Below are positions 47,518-57,466 of a DNA stretch of 59,675 nt, piece after piece. This stretch comes from a virus (Duplodnaviria; Caudoviricetes), in the IMG/VR virus record IMGVR_UViG_3300031857_018978, positions 1-59,675 of that record. One strand, 5' to 3'. The notes under the pieces are model-generated. The model saw only the letters and a list, made by a program, of their open reading frames with translations, had not been told where the DNA came from and did not search any database. Made by a program: the position numbers and the translations under genes. The stretch's first letter is position 1; each line of letters starts with the position of its first letter.

Positions 47518-48617
47518 TGAAAATATCCTTTGAAGCTCCGTTAAACCAAATTTCATTTGGGAACGTTTCTTATAATTTCTTAAAAGAATTTTATAAGATT
47601 TCCCAAAAGGATTCTTCTTTTTCTTTTGTGATTCACCCTATAGGTGAGGTCAATCTAAGCTCATTTGATAAGATTGAAAAAGATTTTGCTGACTGGATTC
47701 AGTCATGCTTAAATAATAGGTTTAAATTCTTAACAAAGGATACTATAAGTTTAAAGCTTTGGCATTTAAATGGAGCGCAAAATAGAATTTGCCCAAAACA
47801 AGTGCTTTATACTTTTTATGAACTTGACGAGCCGACAGATGTAGAACGCTGCATCGTCGGCCTACAGGATACAACAATTTTTTCGAGCGCAAATTCCGCT
47901 AGAAGCTTTGCTTTTTCCGGTCTTGGAAAAGTTTACTCTGTTCCATTAGGATTTGACAGCGATTTCTTTAAAACGTCAAAAACATATCTTGAAGGTAAAA
48001 CCCATTTTATTTTAATGGGCAAATTTGAAAAAAGAAAGCATACTGACAAAATCATCAAGACTTGGATAAAGAAATACGGAAACAATCCGAAATATCAACT
48101 TACCTGTTCTATTTTAAATCCTTTCTTGAATAAAGATTTGATGAAAAACATAATGGATGGATACAGGTCGTTGGCTTGGAACATTAATTTTCTACCTTTC
48201 GTAAAAACGAACTCAGAAGTTAATGATATTTTGAACTCTGCTGATATCGATTTGAGCGGTCTATCTGGAGCAGAGGGTTGGGGACTGCCAGCTTTTAACG
48301 CAACATGCTTAGGCAAATGGAGCATTGTGCTTAATGCCACTAGCCATTTAGATTGGGCTACAAAAACAAACTCAATTCTAGTTGAACCTTCTGGTAAAAT
48401 TCCAGCATACGATAATACTTTCTTTGTGAAAGGCGCGCCATTTAATCAAGGTAATATCTATGATTTTACTGAAGATCAGGCTGTCGCAGCTATGGAAAAA
48501 GCTGTTAAACTTGTTGAAGACAAAAAAATAAATGAAGAAGGGGTAAAATTGGGACAAACTTTCACTTACGAAAGGACTGTGGGACAAATTGTTTCAATTA
48601 TAAATCAACTTCATTAA
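47517..48617 (+). CDS. GT4-like glycosyltransferase
   Basis: VPLGFD, GKFEKRK, SGAEGWGLP. Confidence 0.75.
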   Translation: MKISFEAPLNQISFGNVSYNFLKEFYKISQKDSSFSFVIHPIGEVNLSSFDKIEKDFADWIQSCLNNRFKFLTKDTISLKLWHLNGAQNRICPKQVLYTFYELDEPTDVERCIVGLQDTTIFSSANSARSFAFSGLGKVYSVPLGFDSDFFKTSKTYLEGKTHFILMGKFEKRKHTDKIIKTWIKKYGNNPKYQLTCSILNPFLNKDLMKNIMDGYRSLAWNINFLPFVKTNSEVNDILNSADIDLSGLSGAEGWGLPAFNATCLGKWSIVLNATSHLDWATKTNSILVEPSGKIPAYDNTFFVKGAPFNQGNIYDFTEDQAVAAMEKAVKLVEDKKINEEGVKLGQTFTYERTVGQIVSIINQLH

Positions 48618-48635
48618 GTTTTACCCGTAAACAAG

Positions 48636-48652
48636 TTGGCATGGCAAATGCA
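48636..48652 (+). promoter_or_regulatory. Sigma-54 (-24/-12) promoter upstream of hsp20
   Basis: TTGGCATGGCAAATGCA: GG-N10-GC spacing and a match to TGGCAC-N5-TTGC. Confidence 0.65.
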
Positions 48653-48669
48653 AATAATAAATTCTAATT

Positions 48670-49083
48670 ATGAGTACACTATATATTAATTCTCAAATAA
48701 CTGATGCAGTTACACAAACATTTGGTTCACTTTACACGTATCCTAACTGTAATGTGACCACTAAAACATCATGTGGGCTATTCCCCAGATCAAATAGCTT
48801 TACTGAATTTGAAGATCAGACTGAAAGCGGTTATAAAATTATTGCTTTGATTCCTGGTTGTCCAAAGGAAAATGTTTCTGTAAAATATATTTCTGATGAA
48901 AACCTTGTGAAGCTTGAGGCCAAGTCAGAAGTTGAAAACTTCAAGCGAAACTACGAAGCTTCATATTATGTCCCCAGCAAGTTTAATTTGGATGAAATGC
49001 AATGCTCTTTAAAAAATGGCATTTTGACCATCTCTATTCCGCACGGCAAAAATTCAAAACCTAAAGAAGTTAAAATATCATAA
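48670..49083 (+). CDS. Small heat-shock protein (Hsp20)
   Basis: IPGCPKENVSV...SLKNGILTISIP alpha-crystallin motif. Confidence 0.85.
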   Translation: MSTLYINSQITDAVTQTFGSLYTYPNCNVTTKTSCGLFPRSNSFTEFEDQTESGYKIIALIPGCPKENVSVKYISDENLVKLEAKSEVENFKRNYEASYYVPSKFNLDEMQCSLKNGILTISIPHGKNSKPKEVKIS

Positions 49084-49087
49084 ATCC

Positions 49088-49114
49088 AAAGCCGCTTGAA
49101 AAAGCGGCTTTTTT
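49088..49114 (+). terminator. Rho-independent terminator
   Basis: AAAGCCGCTT-GAA-AAGCGGCTTTTTT. Confidence 0.85.
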
Positions 49115-49127
49115 GTTAATATAAAAT

Positions 49128-49511
49128 ATGCCACTTTACACTTATCAGAATCCACAGACGGGAGAAACAATTGACCTAATCCAAGGAATGAATGAGGAGC
49201 ATTCATATACCGACAAAAATGGGCTTGAATGGAAAAGGGTATTCCAAGTACCTAATGCTGCTGTAGACTCGCAAATAGACGCTAATAACCCACTGGCATT
49301 CGTGGACGCAACAAGGAACAAGAAGGGTACATACGGCGACCTTTTAGACAAAAGCGCTGAACTTAGCGAAAAGAGGGCCAAAACATACGGAGGCGAAGAC
49401 CCTGTTAAGCAAAAGTTTTTAAATGATTATTCAAAAAAGACGAAGGGTAAAAAACACCCATCGTTATTGAAAAAGACTTACGAGTCAAAAAATGTTAAAG
49501 TAGATTACTAA
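49128..49511 (+). CDS. FmdB-like (Cys-less zinc-ribbon) phage protein
   Basis: MPLYTY...TGE...M.E N-terminus. Confidence 0.55.
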   Translation: MPLYTYQNPQTGETIDLIQGMNEEHSYTDKNGLEWKRVFQVPNAAVDSQIDANNPLAFVDATRNKKGTYGDLLDKSAELSEKRAKTYGGEDPVKQKFLNDYSKKTKGKKHPSLLKKTYESKNVKVDY

Positions 49512-51618
49512 TCTTCTCCATTACCATTTCTGGAGTAATGGATCTTGTGCATTCAAAATTCTTATTTTCTGGACACCACAGCCAGTTATTTTTATCAAAC
49601 GTATGCTTTTCATTGTTCCAGCATCCATTGCATACTTTTTCATTTATAATTCTATAGGGTGTTTCAAATTCTGCAAATGGCTTGCTAAACCCGCTAATTA
49701 AAACTACAGGTTTATTCAAAGCCCAAGCTAGCCAAGACAAGCCAGATCCCAGACCTATAAAAAATTTTGAGTTATGGATTTGTGACATTCTTAACTCAAG
49801 AGGGAAATCTCCAGTTTTATCAACTGCCCCTTTGGGAATTGGATTCATTATCGCATTACCAAATAACGAATATCTATCAATACACCAAGCCTCATACCCC
49901 TTTTTATTCAAAAGCTGAATCAGCTTTTCCCACCCATTCGGATTATTCCAATATTTGCATTGCGCCGTGCTTTGAGTTGCTATGCAGACATATTTTTTAT
50001 TTGTCTGTCCTACGTTTGGAAACGATAATTTTGGTTTATCCTCGCGATGCTCTAGGTCTAAAATATAGCTTGGAACATGATTTAGTTTAGTTAATCTAGG
50101 ATTAACAACAGATTTATCAATCCAGTTGTCCATAAAATAACCTACGTCATAAACAGCGTAATAGCCATTATTTGAATTTTGTTCCGAAATAAAATTTATA
50201 TTTTTATAATTTTGCTTTAAAGATCTGAGCAAATCTTGATTGTATAAAGTGCAATCTATTTGACATTCATGCTTTTTTTGGAACCTGTCTATAACAGGAA
50301 CATAGGCCAACAAATCACCCAAGCTTCCTGTTTCTACATTTATTTTTACCTTTTTGCCTTTTAAATTTAATTTTTCAGAAAAAATCAACATTCTGCCATT
50401 AGGTGTTTTTTCATAAACATCCACTTTCCAGTTTACAAAATAACTTCGTTTTGGCCTTGACCACATATTATTATTTATTGTTGTCGCGTATATTAATTCG
50501 CCAGAAGAGTCATCTATAAATTCAATATCATATGTTTTCTTTCGAGAGCCAATAACTTCAGCTTTAACTCCTTGGCGAAAATCTACAATAACTTTATTAT
50601 CTTCGGTATTTATTTTTGTGTCCCGATAAGACTGAATAAATCTATTTGCAAAAATCTGCTCTCTGTATTCACTGTACAAATTGACCAAATCATTTACTCT
50701 ATTTGAATAAGAATTTTTTTGAGCGTTCGCCAAAGCTTTTTCTTTAAAACTTGAGTAATTATTTACTACTGTTTTAATTCCCTCAATTGCTGATTCCAAA
50801 GTTCTTTCTGTGACGCACATCCCGTCGTATTGTTTTTCTTCAAAAGTCCCAACAACTGGCAGTCCACAAGACATAGCTTCAAGTAAAGTTAAATTTGGAT
50901 GGCCCGCTTCTAATTCCGAAAAATGCAGAAAAATATCGTGCTTACCGTAAAGCTCTATGAGTTGAGTTTCGCTCAAATCAAAAAACTTAGTCAGTTTTGA
51001 ATAATTATTTATTTCGCTTGGCAAGGTAGAAAAAAAGTTTTCATTATTTTGGGGGCCAGCTACAGTTATGGGCAAGTCAAGTTTCATCGCTGCTTCAATA
51101 GCAATTTTGAAACCCTTTCTGTCTGCATTTGGATTACCAGCATACCCGTTATTTGCGACGCATAGCAAACTAACACTATCTTTTAAAAGATTAAAATTTA
51201 ATTTGTCTTTTGTCGGAGTAAAAACATCCGTATTTACAGCGTGAGAAAAATATCTTAATTTTTTACTTCCAAAATATTCGACGAAAAACTTGCATGGAGA
51301 TGTCGATATTACGCTATTTTCTATGGCTTTTAAATTTTCTTTAAAGCAGTGAGAATCTTTTCCATACAAGAAAGCATGGTGATCGTGAATGGTAAAAATA
51401 TATGGAATTCCTCTTTCAAAGCACATGTTTGCTAGATTAGCGACATGAACATGAACTACTTGACTATCATCATAATTGACATCATTTAGATACTTTATTT
51501 CGCTTTTGATGCCGTTTTTTTCTAGTTGAAGATGATAATCCCAAATGATTTTTTCTACCGCCCCCCATCCATTTGGAGGTATAGCCAACAAACCAGGAGT
51601 TACATTAATAACTTTCAT
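49495..51618 (-). CDS. GT4 fused to a TibC/Aah-type (BAHT) protein O-heptosyltransferase domain
   Basis: IPPNGWGAVE (GT4); SLGDLLAYVP, YVCIATQSTAQCKYWNNPNGW, FFIGLGSGLSWLAW, ISGFS and VCNGCW..WCP..FEC. Confidence 0.85.
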   Translation of the reverse strand: MKVINVTPGLLAIPPNGWGAVEKIIWDYHLQLEKNGIKSEIKYLNDVNYDDSQVVHVHVANLANMCFERGIPYIFTIHDHHAFLYGKDSHCFKENLKAIENSVISTSPCKFFVEYFGSKKLRYFSHAVNTDVFTPTKDKLNFNLLKDSVSLLCVANNGYAGNPNADRKGFKIAIEAAMKLDLPITVAGPQNNENFFSTLPSEINNYSKLTKFFDLSETQLIELYGKHDIFLHFSELEAGHPNLTLLEAMSCGLPVVGTFEEKQYDGMCVTERTLESAIEGIKTVVNNYSSFKEKALANAQKNSYSNRVNDLVNLYSEYREQIFANRFIQSYRDTKINTEDNKVIVDFRQGVKAEVIGSRKKTYDIEFIDDSSGELIYATTINNNMWSRPKRSYFVNWKVDVYEKTPNGRMLIFSEKLNLKGKKVKINVETGSLGDLLAYVPVIDRFQKKHECQIDCTLYNQDLLRSLKQNYKNINFISEQNSNNGYYAVYDVGYFMDNWIDKSVVNPRLTKLNHVPSYILDLEHREDKPKLSFPNVGQTNKKYVCIATQSTAQCKYWNNPNGWEKLIQLLNKKGYEAWCIDRYSLFGNAIMNPIPKGAVDKTGDFPLELRMSQIHNSKFFIGLGSGLSWLAWALNKPVVLISGFSKPFAEFETPYRIINEKVCNGCWNNEKHTFDKNNWLWCPENKNFECTRSITPEMVMEKISNLL

Positions 51619-53570
51619 ATTTTTTTGACCAAGCCAAGTTGATTTATTTTAGACAAATACTGCTCATCGACAACTACTTTTTTAGTATAAATTTCTTTTT
51701 CTTCGCTTACCTTTAATTCAACATCTGTTGGTACAATCGGCCAATCAATAATTTTTATAAATGTCTGTTTACCGTTTATTTGAACGCTTGAACTTTGCGC
51801 GCCAATTATTAATTCTGCAAATCTATTATCAATAGAATTGGAAGTATGAAAAACTATAGCTAATTTATTTTCGTCTTGAACAGGAAGAACAGCGAAATAC
51901 TCTACTTGAGAATTGGAATCTATTTGGCACTGTTTTGTGTCTTCAGCGTATTCGTTTAAAGAAGACATATAAATATTATCGGCTTCTTTTAGGTTATGAA
52001 AGTAAATATTTTCCAGACCATTAGATTCTGACTTTACTCGCTCCATCCAGCTGTTGTATTCAGATTCGTTTTTAATCAATGGAAATTTATCGGCAAACAA
52101 ATCTGTTCGCACTGCATGAAAAACTGTTTTAAATGTTTTGCCCTCTTGACACTGCTCTTCAACAAAATAACCGTTACTTCGCTCTAGTTTTGCGAGGACT
52201 TTAGATAAGAATTTTTTATCATTTAAGATAAAATCAAAGTTCATGCATATAGCTTTTTTATAGCCAAGCTTTTTAGCAAAATTAATCGCATTATAATAAT
52301 TGGTATATACGGCTGGTCCGTGATATATGTCGTTATCAGTTTTGTCTAAAAATAATTGAATTTGATAATTGCTATTATTTTCACTTGCATAGCCAGTAAA
52401 TCTTTTATAAAAAGTATGTCGGGTTAAAATATTGTTTTTATCTACTATTGAATAATCTGAAGTGTTTTGCAACGCCTCTGGAACTGAGCAGTGCGATACC
52501 AAAATAACAGGAGCATTACTAATTTTGTTTAAACTCTCAATGCATTTTTGAGTTGTTTGCGTTATACAATTATTTGTTGGATAACTTGATACAATAAAAA
52601 CATAATCATTAAGCTTTGCAAGATTTAGTTTATTTAAGATTTTATCTTCGTTTTCTTTTAAGTCATTAAAATTTAAATATTCTATATTATGAAATTTATT
52701 ATACATGCCCAGATATACCGGCAAATTATAAATTAAGCTTGGAACATTGAAGGAAATGGCTTCTCTTATAACAAGAGGGCTTGTTTCCTTATTATTATCT
52801 GATCCTCTTGAGGTAAATAGAAAAAGATCTGCTGCTTGGTAAAAATTTTCAACATCTTTTCTTTCATTCCACCAAGTACAATTACTTGGCCACTCTTTCA
52901 TCAAAGGCTCCCAATAAAATCTAAAGTTATCAGCTTGATTTCCAATAAAGTGAAATTGGATCGGGTAATTTAAAAGACTTTTTGCATACTCTATAATTTC
53001 TGCTTGATTTTTTCTTGGGGTAAAAAGACCAACGTTAACAACGTGTTTTTTAGATGGATCTAGTCCTAATACTTTTAAAGCCTCTTCTCTTGACTTTCTG
53101 ATTTTTATTGAAATCGGATATTCGTGAACCTCCGAAGATATTTTTAAAGATTCTACATTTCTTTTTTGAAATTCACTTACAAATGTAAATTTATCTGGGA
53201 AAAACCTTTTTGAAGATGGATCAAAGCTGCTATCGTGAGAAGTTTCAACTATAGTATATTTTCTTTCTTTAGAATATATTTTTTCAGCCAAACCATTATC
53301 CATAAAATATTCTGGCATCTCTTCAAGATGCAAAACATCTGGATTTATTTGATTTATGATTTTTAATAAATCATTTTTATCTTCTCTTAAAGTAAAAAAT
53401 TTATCTTTTAGCAAATCGATGATTTGATTTTTTTGTACTACAAACCCACCGTGATCAGCATATTCAACGCAATATATTTCACATTCTTTTTTTAATATCT
53501 GTATTTTCTTTAAAAGAAATTGTGGCAATCCACCTGTTGAAAGGTGAGGGGCTATGTAAAGAATTTTCAT
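51615..53570 (-). CDS. GT4 glycosyltransferase with a second GT-like C-terminal domain
   Basis: PHLSTGGLPQ, VGLFTPRKNQ, ADLFLFTS..ETSPLVIREA. Confidence 0.8.
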   Translation of the reverse strand: MKILYIAPHLSTGGLPQFLLKKIQILKKECEIYCVEYADHGGFVVQKNQIIDLLKDKFFTLREDKNDLLKIINQINPDVLHLEEMPEYFMDNGLAEKIYSKERKYTIVETSHDSSFDPSSKRFFPDKFTFVSEFQKRNVESLKISSEVHEYPISIKIRKSREEALKVLGLDPSKKHVVNVGLFTPRKNQAEIIEYAKSLLNYPIQFHFIGNQADNFRFYWEPLMKEWPSNCTWWNERKDVENFYQAADLFLFTSRGSDNNKETSPLVIREAISFNVPSLIYNLPVYLGMYNKFHNIEYLNFNDLKENEDKILNKLNLAKLNDYVFIVSSYPTNNCITQTTQKCIESLNKISNAPVILVSHCSVPEALQNTSDYSIVDKNNILTRHTFYKRFTGYASENNSNYQIQLFLDKTDNDIYHGPAVYTNYYNAINFAKKLGYKKAICMNFDFILNDKKFLSKVLAKLERSNGYFVEEQCQEGKTFKTVFHAVRTDLFADKFPLIKNESEYNSWMERVKSESNGLENIYFHNLKEADNIYMSSLNEYAEDTKQCQIDSNSQVEYFAVLPVQDENKLAIVFHTSNSIDNRFAELIIGAQSSSVQINGKQTFIKIIDWPIVPTDVELKVSEEKEIYTKKVVVDEQYLSKINQLGLVKKI

Positions 53571-53572
53571 TT

Positions 53573-55396
53573 TTACGAGGTAGTAATAGATATCTCATAA
53601 GATTGTGCTGTTCCCTCAGAATTTGTCAATATAAATCTATAGTATTCGGTAGAATTATCCACCTGCGTTAAGCTATAACTTAAGTCAGAGCTTAAAAATA
53701 TGTCATAAGCGGTACTCCCGTTCCACTTATACCAACCTCCGGTTGCGTTTGGCTGACCATCATTTACGCTAGACACCGCTAATGTAAATGAATCACCATT
53801 CCCAATATTAAAGTTTTCTTCATTATAAGTTACTGTTGACCCATTAACAGAAACACTTCCAACAGTTGGGGCAAACTCTACTGTTAATGTTGCGGTGGTA
53901 GATGTGTCTGGAGTAGTACCAGATACCCCAGAGACAATACAGTAATAAGTTTTGCCGTTATCTGAAGAAGCGGTCGTAAATGTATAAGAGGGATTAGTGG
54001 CACCAGATATCGCACTGCCATTTTCGTACCATTGATAAGAAAGACTTGGGCCACCCGCAGCAGTAACACTAAAAGTAACAGAAACTCCAGCGTTTACGGT
54101 TTGAGTATCTGGATCGTCTGTTATTATTGGATTCATATATACTGTGACAACATTTGAATCATCAAATCCACCTGCATTAGTTGCTCTTACATAATAATTT
54201 CCGTGTGTAGAGTTGCTCATTGTGAATGTATAATTAGAATTTGTAGCTCCACTAATTAAGCCCGCTGGTCCATACCATTGATATGTTACATTGGTTCCTT
54301 GTGATAATGAGGAACTTAATTCAACGGCATTTGTATTATTATATATATATTGAGTGCTGCTGATAGTTACAATTGGCGCAATTATAGAAATTGTAATTTC
54401 ATTTGAATCGTCAAAGCCGCCACCGTTAGTTGCCCTAACTTTATATGTTCCAGTGTTTAAACTCGAAATTGCAAAATTATAAGTTGAGCTTGTAGCTCCA
54501 GAAATAATATTGTTATTTCTATACCACTGATACGTTACATTCGTTCCTTGACTTAAGCTGCTTGAAAACTGAACAGTATCTGTTTCATTAAACTGTGTTT
54601 GGTTATTAAATGAAGAAATTGTTACAATTGGTGGAATTATAGTTAATGTTGCTCCAGACGATGTAACTCCAACAGCATCATGCGTACTTGTAACTTTGCA
54701 AGTATATGTTCCAGCCGTTGACGAAGTTAAAGAAAATTGACCAGAAGCTGGATAAGAAGAACTTGTTGCTCCAGATATTATATTTCCATTTTTGTACCAC
54801 TGATAAGATAAAGTGGGACTTCCTCCAGCAACAACGCTTAACGACATTCCATCGGTTTCATTGAAACTGCCTCCAATTGGATTTGTTATAATATATGGTT
54901 TTATCTTTGTGCTTACAGAATTACTATCAACCGAAGATCCACCATAACTTACTCTACAAAAATAAGTATCTGTATCATTTGCTGTAGTTAAAGCTCCCGT
55001 TGTATAAGTCGTTGATGTGGCTCCAGATATTATACTGCTATTTTTATACCATTGATAAGTTGGAGTTCCAAGAGCCGTAGCAGCTATAGAAAACGTTGCA
55101 GACGTATTATTAACTACAATTTGATTTGTTGGCTGTGTCGTTATAGTTATTCCTACAAACCCTCTTCTTCTAAAAAGTGTAGAAAGATCAGTTCCATTTA
55201 CTTTAAAACCCGTATTAAAACTCGGCCTATCTTCTGAGCTTGTTGACGCATGGAAATAACCAGTTAAATCAATAGAACCTACTTTGAATTTAGTTTGCGT
55301 TCCGTAAGAAGTCCCACCATCAAGGTCTTCAAATATTCCGCTTAAATCAATATTAGTCGCTCCACTAACGCAAATAAATTTAGTTTCAGTTGGCAT
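53573..55396 (-). CDS. Ig-repeat virion/tail-associated protein
   Basis: Five YQWY Ig repeats plus one degenerate copy; three N-terminal TKF..DL..F repeats; no signal peptide. Confidence 0.8.
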   Translation of the reverse strand: MPTETKFICVSGATNIDLSGIFEDLDGGTSYGTQTKFKVGSIDLTGYFHASTSSEDRPSFNTGFKVNGTDLSTLFRRRGFVGITITTQPTNQIVVNNTSATFSIAATALGTPTYQWYKNSSIISGATSTTYTTGALTTANDTDTYFCRVSYGGSSVDSNSVSTKIKPYIITNPIGGSFNETDGMSLSVVAGGSPTLSYQWYKNGNIISGATSSSYPASGQFSLTSSTAGTYTCKVTSTHDAVGVTSSGATLTIIPPIVTISSFNNQTQFNETDTVQFSSSLSQGTNVTYQWYRNNNIISGATSSTYNFAISSLNTGTYKVRATNGGGFDDSNEITISIIAPIVTISSTQYIYNNTNAVELSSSLSQGTNVTYQWYGPAGLISGATNSNYTFTMSNSTHGNYYVRATNAGGFDDSNVVTVYMNPIITDDPDTQTVNAGVSVTFSVTAAGGPSLSYQWYENGSAISGATNPSYTFTTASSDNGKTYYCIVSGVSGTTPDTSTTATLTVEFAPTVGSVSVNGSTVTYNEENFNIGNGDSFTLAVSSVNDGQPNATGGWYKWNGSTAYDIFLSSDLSYSLTQVDNSTEYYRFILTNSEGTAQSYEISITTS

Positions 55397-57452
55397 CTTT
55401 TAGCTTCTTTTTGAGTTCTTTAACTTCAGCAGAAAGCTCTTTGACGGCGTTTATCAGAATAACGGTAAGCTTAGAATAGTCGAGACCTTCGGCTTCGTTT
55501 TTATCGTTATGTTTAACGATAACCGGCAAGACTTTATCAACTTCTTCCGCAATAAGGCCAATATCTTGTTGTCTTGTACCTTTTCTCTTAAACGAAACTG
55601 GCTTAAGTTTATATATGGTTTCAATACCAGAATTCAATTGTTTGATATTGGTTTTAAATTTTTTAGAAGACGATGTAGTAAAAGTATCGGCAGTAACATC
55701 TCCGCTACTTGCAGTAATTGTTATTTTTGCAACATTACTATTATTTTTTACATAAATTATACCATTACTATTATTTCCAAATAAGTCATCTCCACCAGCT
55801 GTAATTGTGTTTGATACTATTAATTTTCCAGATCCAGCGTCTGGAGCGCCAGACGCAGCAGTCTCATCTCCTTTACCAATCAAAACAGTTCCATCTAAAG
55901 CAATTAACATTCTCATAATACCGACATCCGCACTGCTTACAGTTGTAAATTTAGAAGTTCTAAATACAATCGAACCATCTTGTGGTCCGTTAAAATTATT
56001 ACTTGCATTATAAGCGGCTTGTAAAATCAATTGACCATTACCTGTATCGCTACCAGTTGTATTTAAAAATCCTCCAACTAAATCTATTTGAGCGCCGTAT
56101 TGAACGCCATTGCCATCACCGCCGCTAATCGTAAGAACTGAATTAGCAACAGATCTTCTTATGCCAAATTGAGAATTAACAGTTAAACCAAAAGAACTAT
56201 CTCCATTTGTTCCTAGTGTTGTTCCCGATAACAAATTTCCATTAATTTTTAATGCAGAGCCGTCCCATCTCAAATAATTTGTTGAAGTGTCTCCTATATA
56301 AAATTGATACTGCCCACCAGTATAACCAAGAAAAAAACCATTTCCACTGAATGCCCCCGTACCAGCACCAGACCAAGATACCGAACTGGATTTTATTCTT
56401 CCACTTCCTCCTATTTGCATTCCGTCAGAATCAATTCTAACAGCATTTTTTGTAGTACCAAAAAAACCTTCTTGGGCTATTACTGCACCTCTAAATAACC
56501 CTCCTCCAAATTCTCCTTGACCATTGCCAACTATTCTAAACCCAAAATCAGGTATTGATGTAGAACCATTTCCAGTATCAACTGATACAGTTGGCACACT
56601 TACTTCAGTCCATTTGCCAGAATCTGGACCAGGAAAAGAAGCTCCAGATGAAGTATGTTGAGTATTACAATTATATACTTTAAAAGATCCATCAGTCTGT
56701 AACACTTTAACCTTGATAACATCAGAAGGTACAGTTTTTGTTGTTTTGTAAAGTTTTCCACTTACCCAAGTTTCTATAAAAGTAGAAGATTGAAAATATG
56801 CATCACTATTTGCCAACTCAAGAACTTGTGAGCTTATAAATCCAGCCGTCAATTTTCCAGCATCAACAGTTTGAATTTGAGCATTTTTAATTCTAACTAC
56901 TTGGCTACCACCAACCGTTACTACTTCAAAAGGCACATCAGCACTCGTTCCATTCCATATTTGAAAATCAGCAGCAACTAAAACAAAGGCTTTATCTATA
57001 CCGCCAACTTTTTGAAGACCAGAGACATTATTATTACCGTCTAATTTAAGCATTGGACTAAAACTTGCAGTCCAAGTTCCACCCGATCTTACATAAAGTT
57101 TATAATTATCATCTGTATCATACCAAAGATCCCCTGCATTATATGTGCCTCCAGTGGGTTGTGAAGTTTGATAATAAACCTTTGCCTTTCCATCAGCTGA
57201 TGTTTGAGCATTATTCGCTGTATTTAAAGCTGTTGCAGCATTAGCTGCGGCTGTAGCTGAAGTTATTCCAACGTCATTTCCTGTAGCCGCATCAATAAAC
57301 TTTCCTCTAATTCCTCCTCCGCTAATTGCCATATTACCTTTTGTAATACGCTTAGTTCTTTTAGTGGAGTTTTGAAAAAATATAAACTGGTCTTTATCGT
57401 CTAAGATATTGACCTCTTGTAAGTCATCTATTCTTCTGCTTCCTGTGGACAT
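55386..57452 (-). CDS. Tail fibre: J central-straight-fibre (DUF1983-like) segment, CBM-like module and peptidase S74 chaperone
   Basis: VSGL...FVLVAADFQIW...VPFEV..RIKNAQI...KLTAG; SSKKFKTNI...IGLIAEEV...LDYSKL..L..AVKEL. Confidence 0.85.
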   Translation of the reverse strand: MSTGSRRIDDLQEVNILDDKDQFIFFQNSTKRTKRITKGNMAISGGGIRGKFIDAATGNDVGITSATAAANAATALNTANNAQTSADGKAKVYYQTSQPTGGTYNAGDLWYDTDDNYKLYVRSGGTWTASFSPMLKLDGNNNVSGLQKVGGIDKAFVLVAADFQIWNGTSADVPFEVVTVGGSQVVRIKNAQIQTVDAGKLTAGFISSQVLELANSDAYFQSSTFIETWVSGKLYKTTKTVPSDVIKVKVLQTDGSFKVYNCNTQHTSSGASFPGPDSGKWTEVSVPTVSVDTGNGSTSIPDFGFRIVGNGQGEFGGGLFRGAVIAQEGFFGTTKNAVRIDSDGMQIGGSGRIKSSSVSWSGAGTGAFSGNGFFLGYTGGQYQFYIGDTSTNYLRWDGSALKINGNLLSGTTLGTNGDSSFGLTVNSQFGIRRSVANSVLTISGGDGNGVQYGAQIDLVGGFLNTTGSDTGNGQLILQAAYNASNNFNGPQDGSIVFRTSKFTTVSSADVGIMRMLIALDGTVLIGKGDETAASGAPDAGSGKLIVSNTITAGGDDLFGNNSNGIIYVKNNSNVAKITITASSGDVTADTFTTSSSKKFKTNIKQLNSGIETIYKLKPVSFKRKGTRQQDIGLIAEEVDKVLPVIVKHNDKNEAEGLDYSKLTVILINAVKELSAEVKELKKKLKDAN

Positions 57453-57466
57453 ATATATTATTTACA

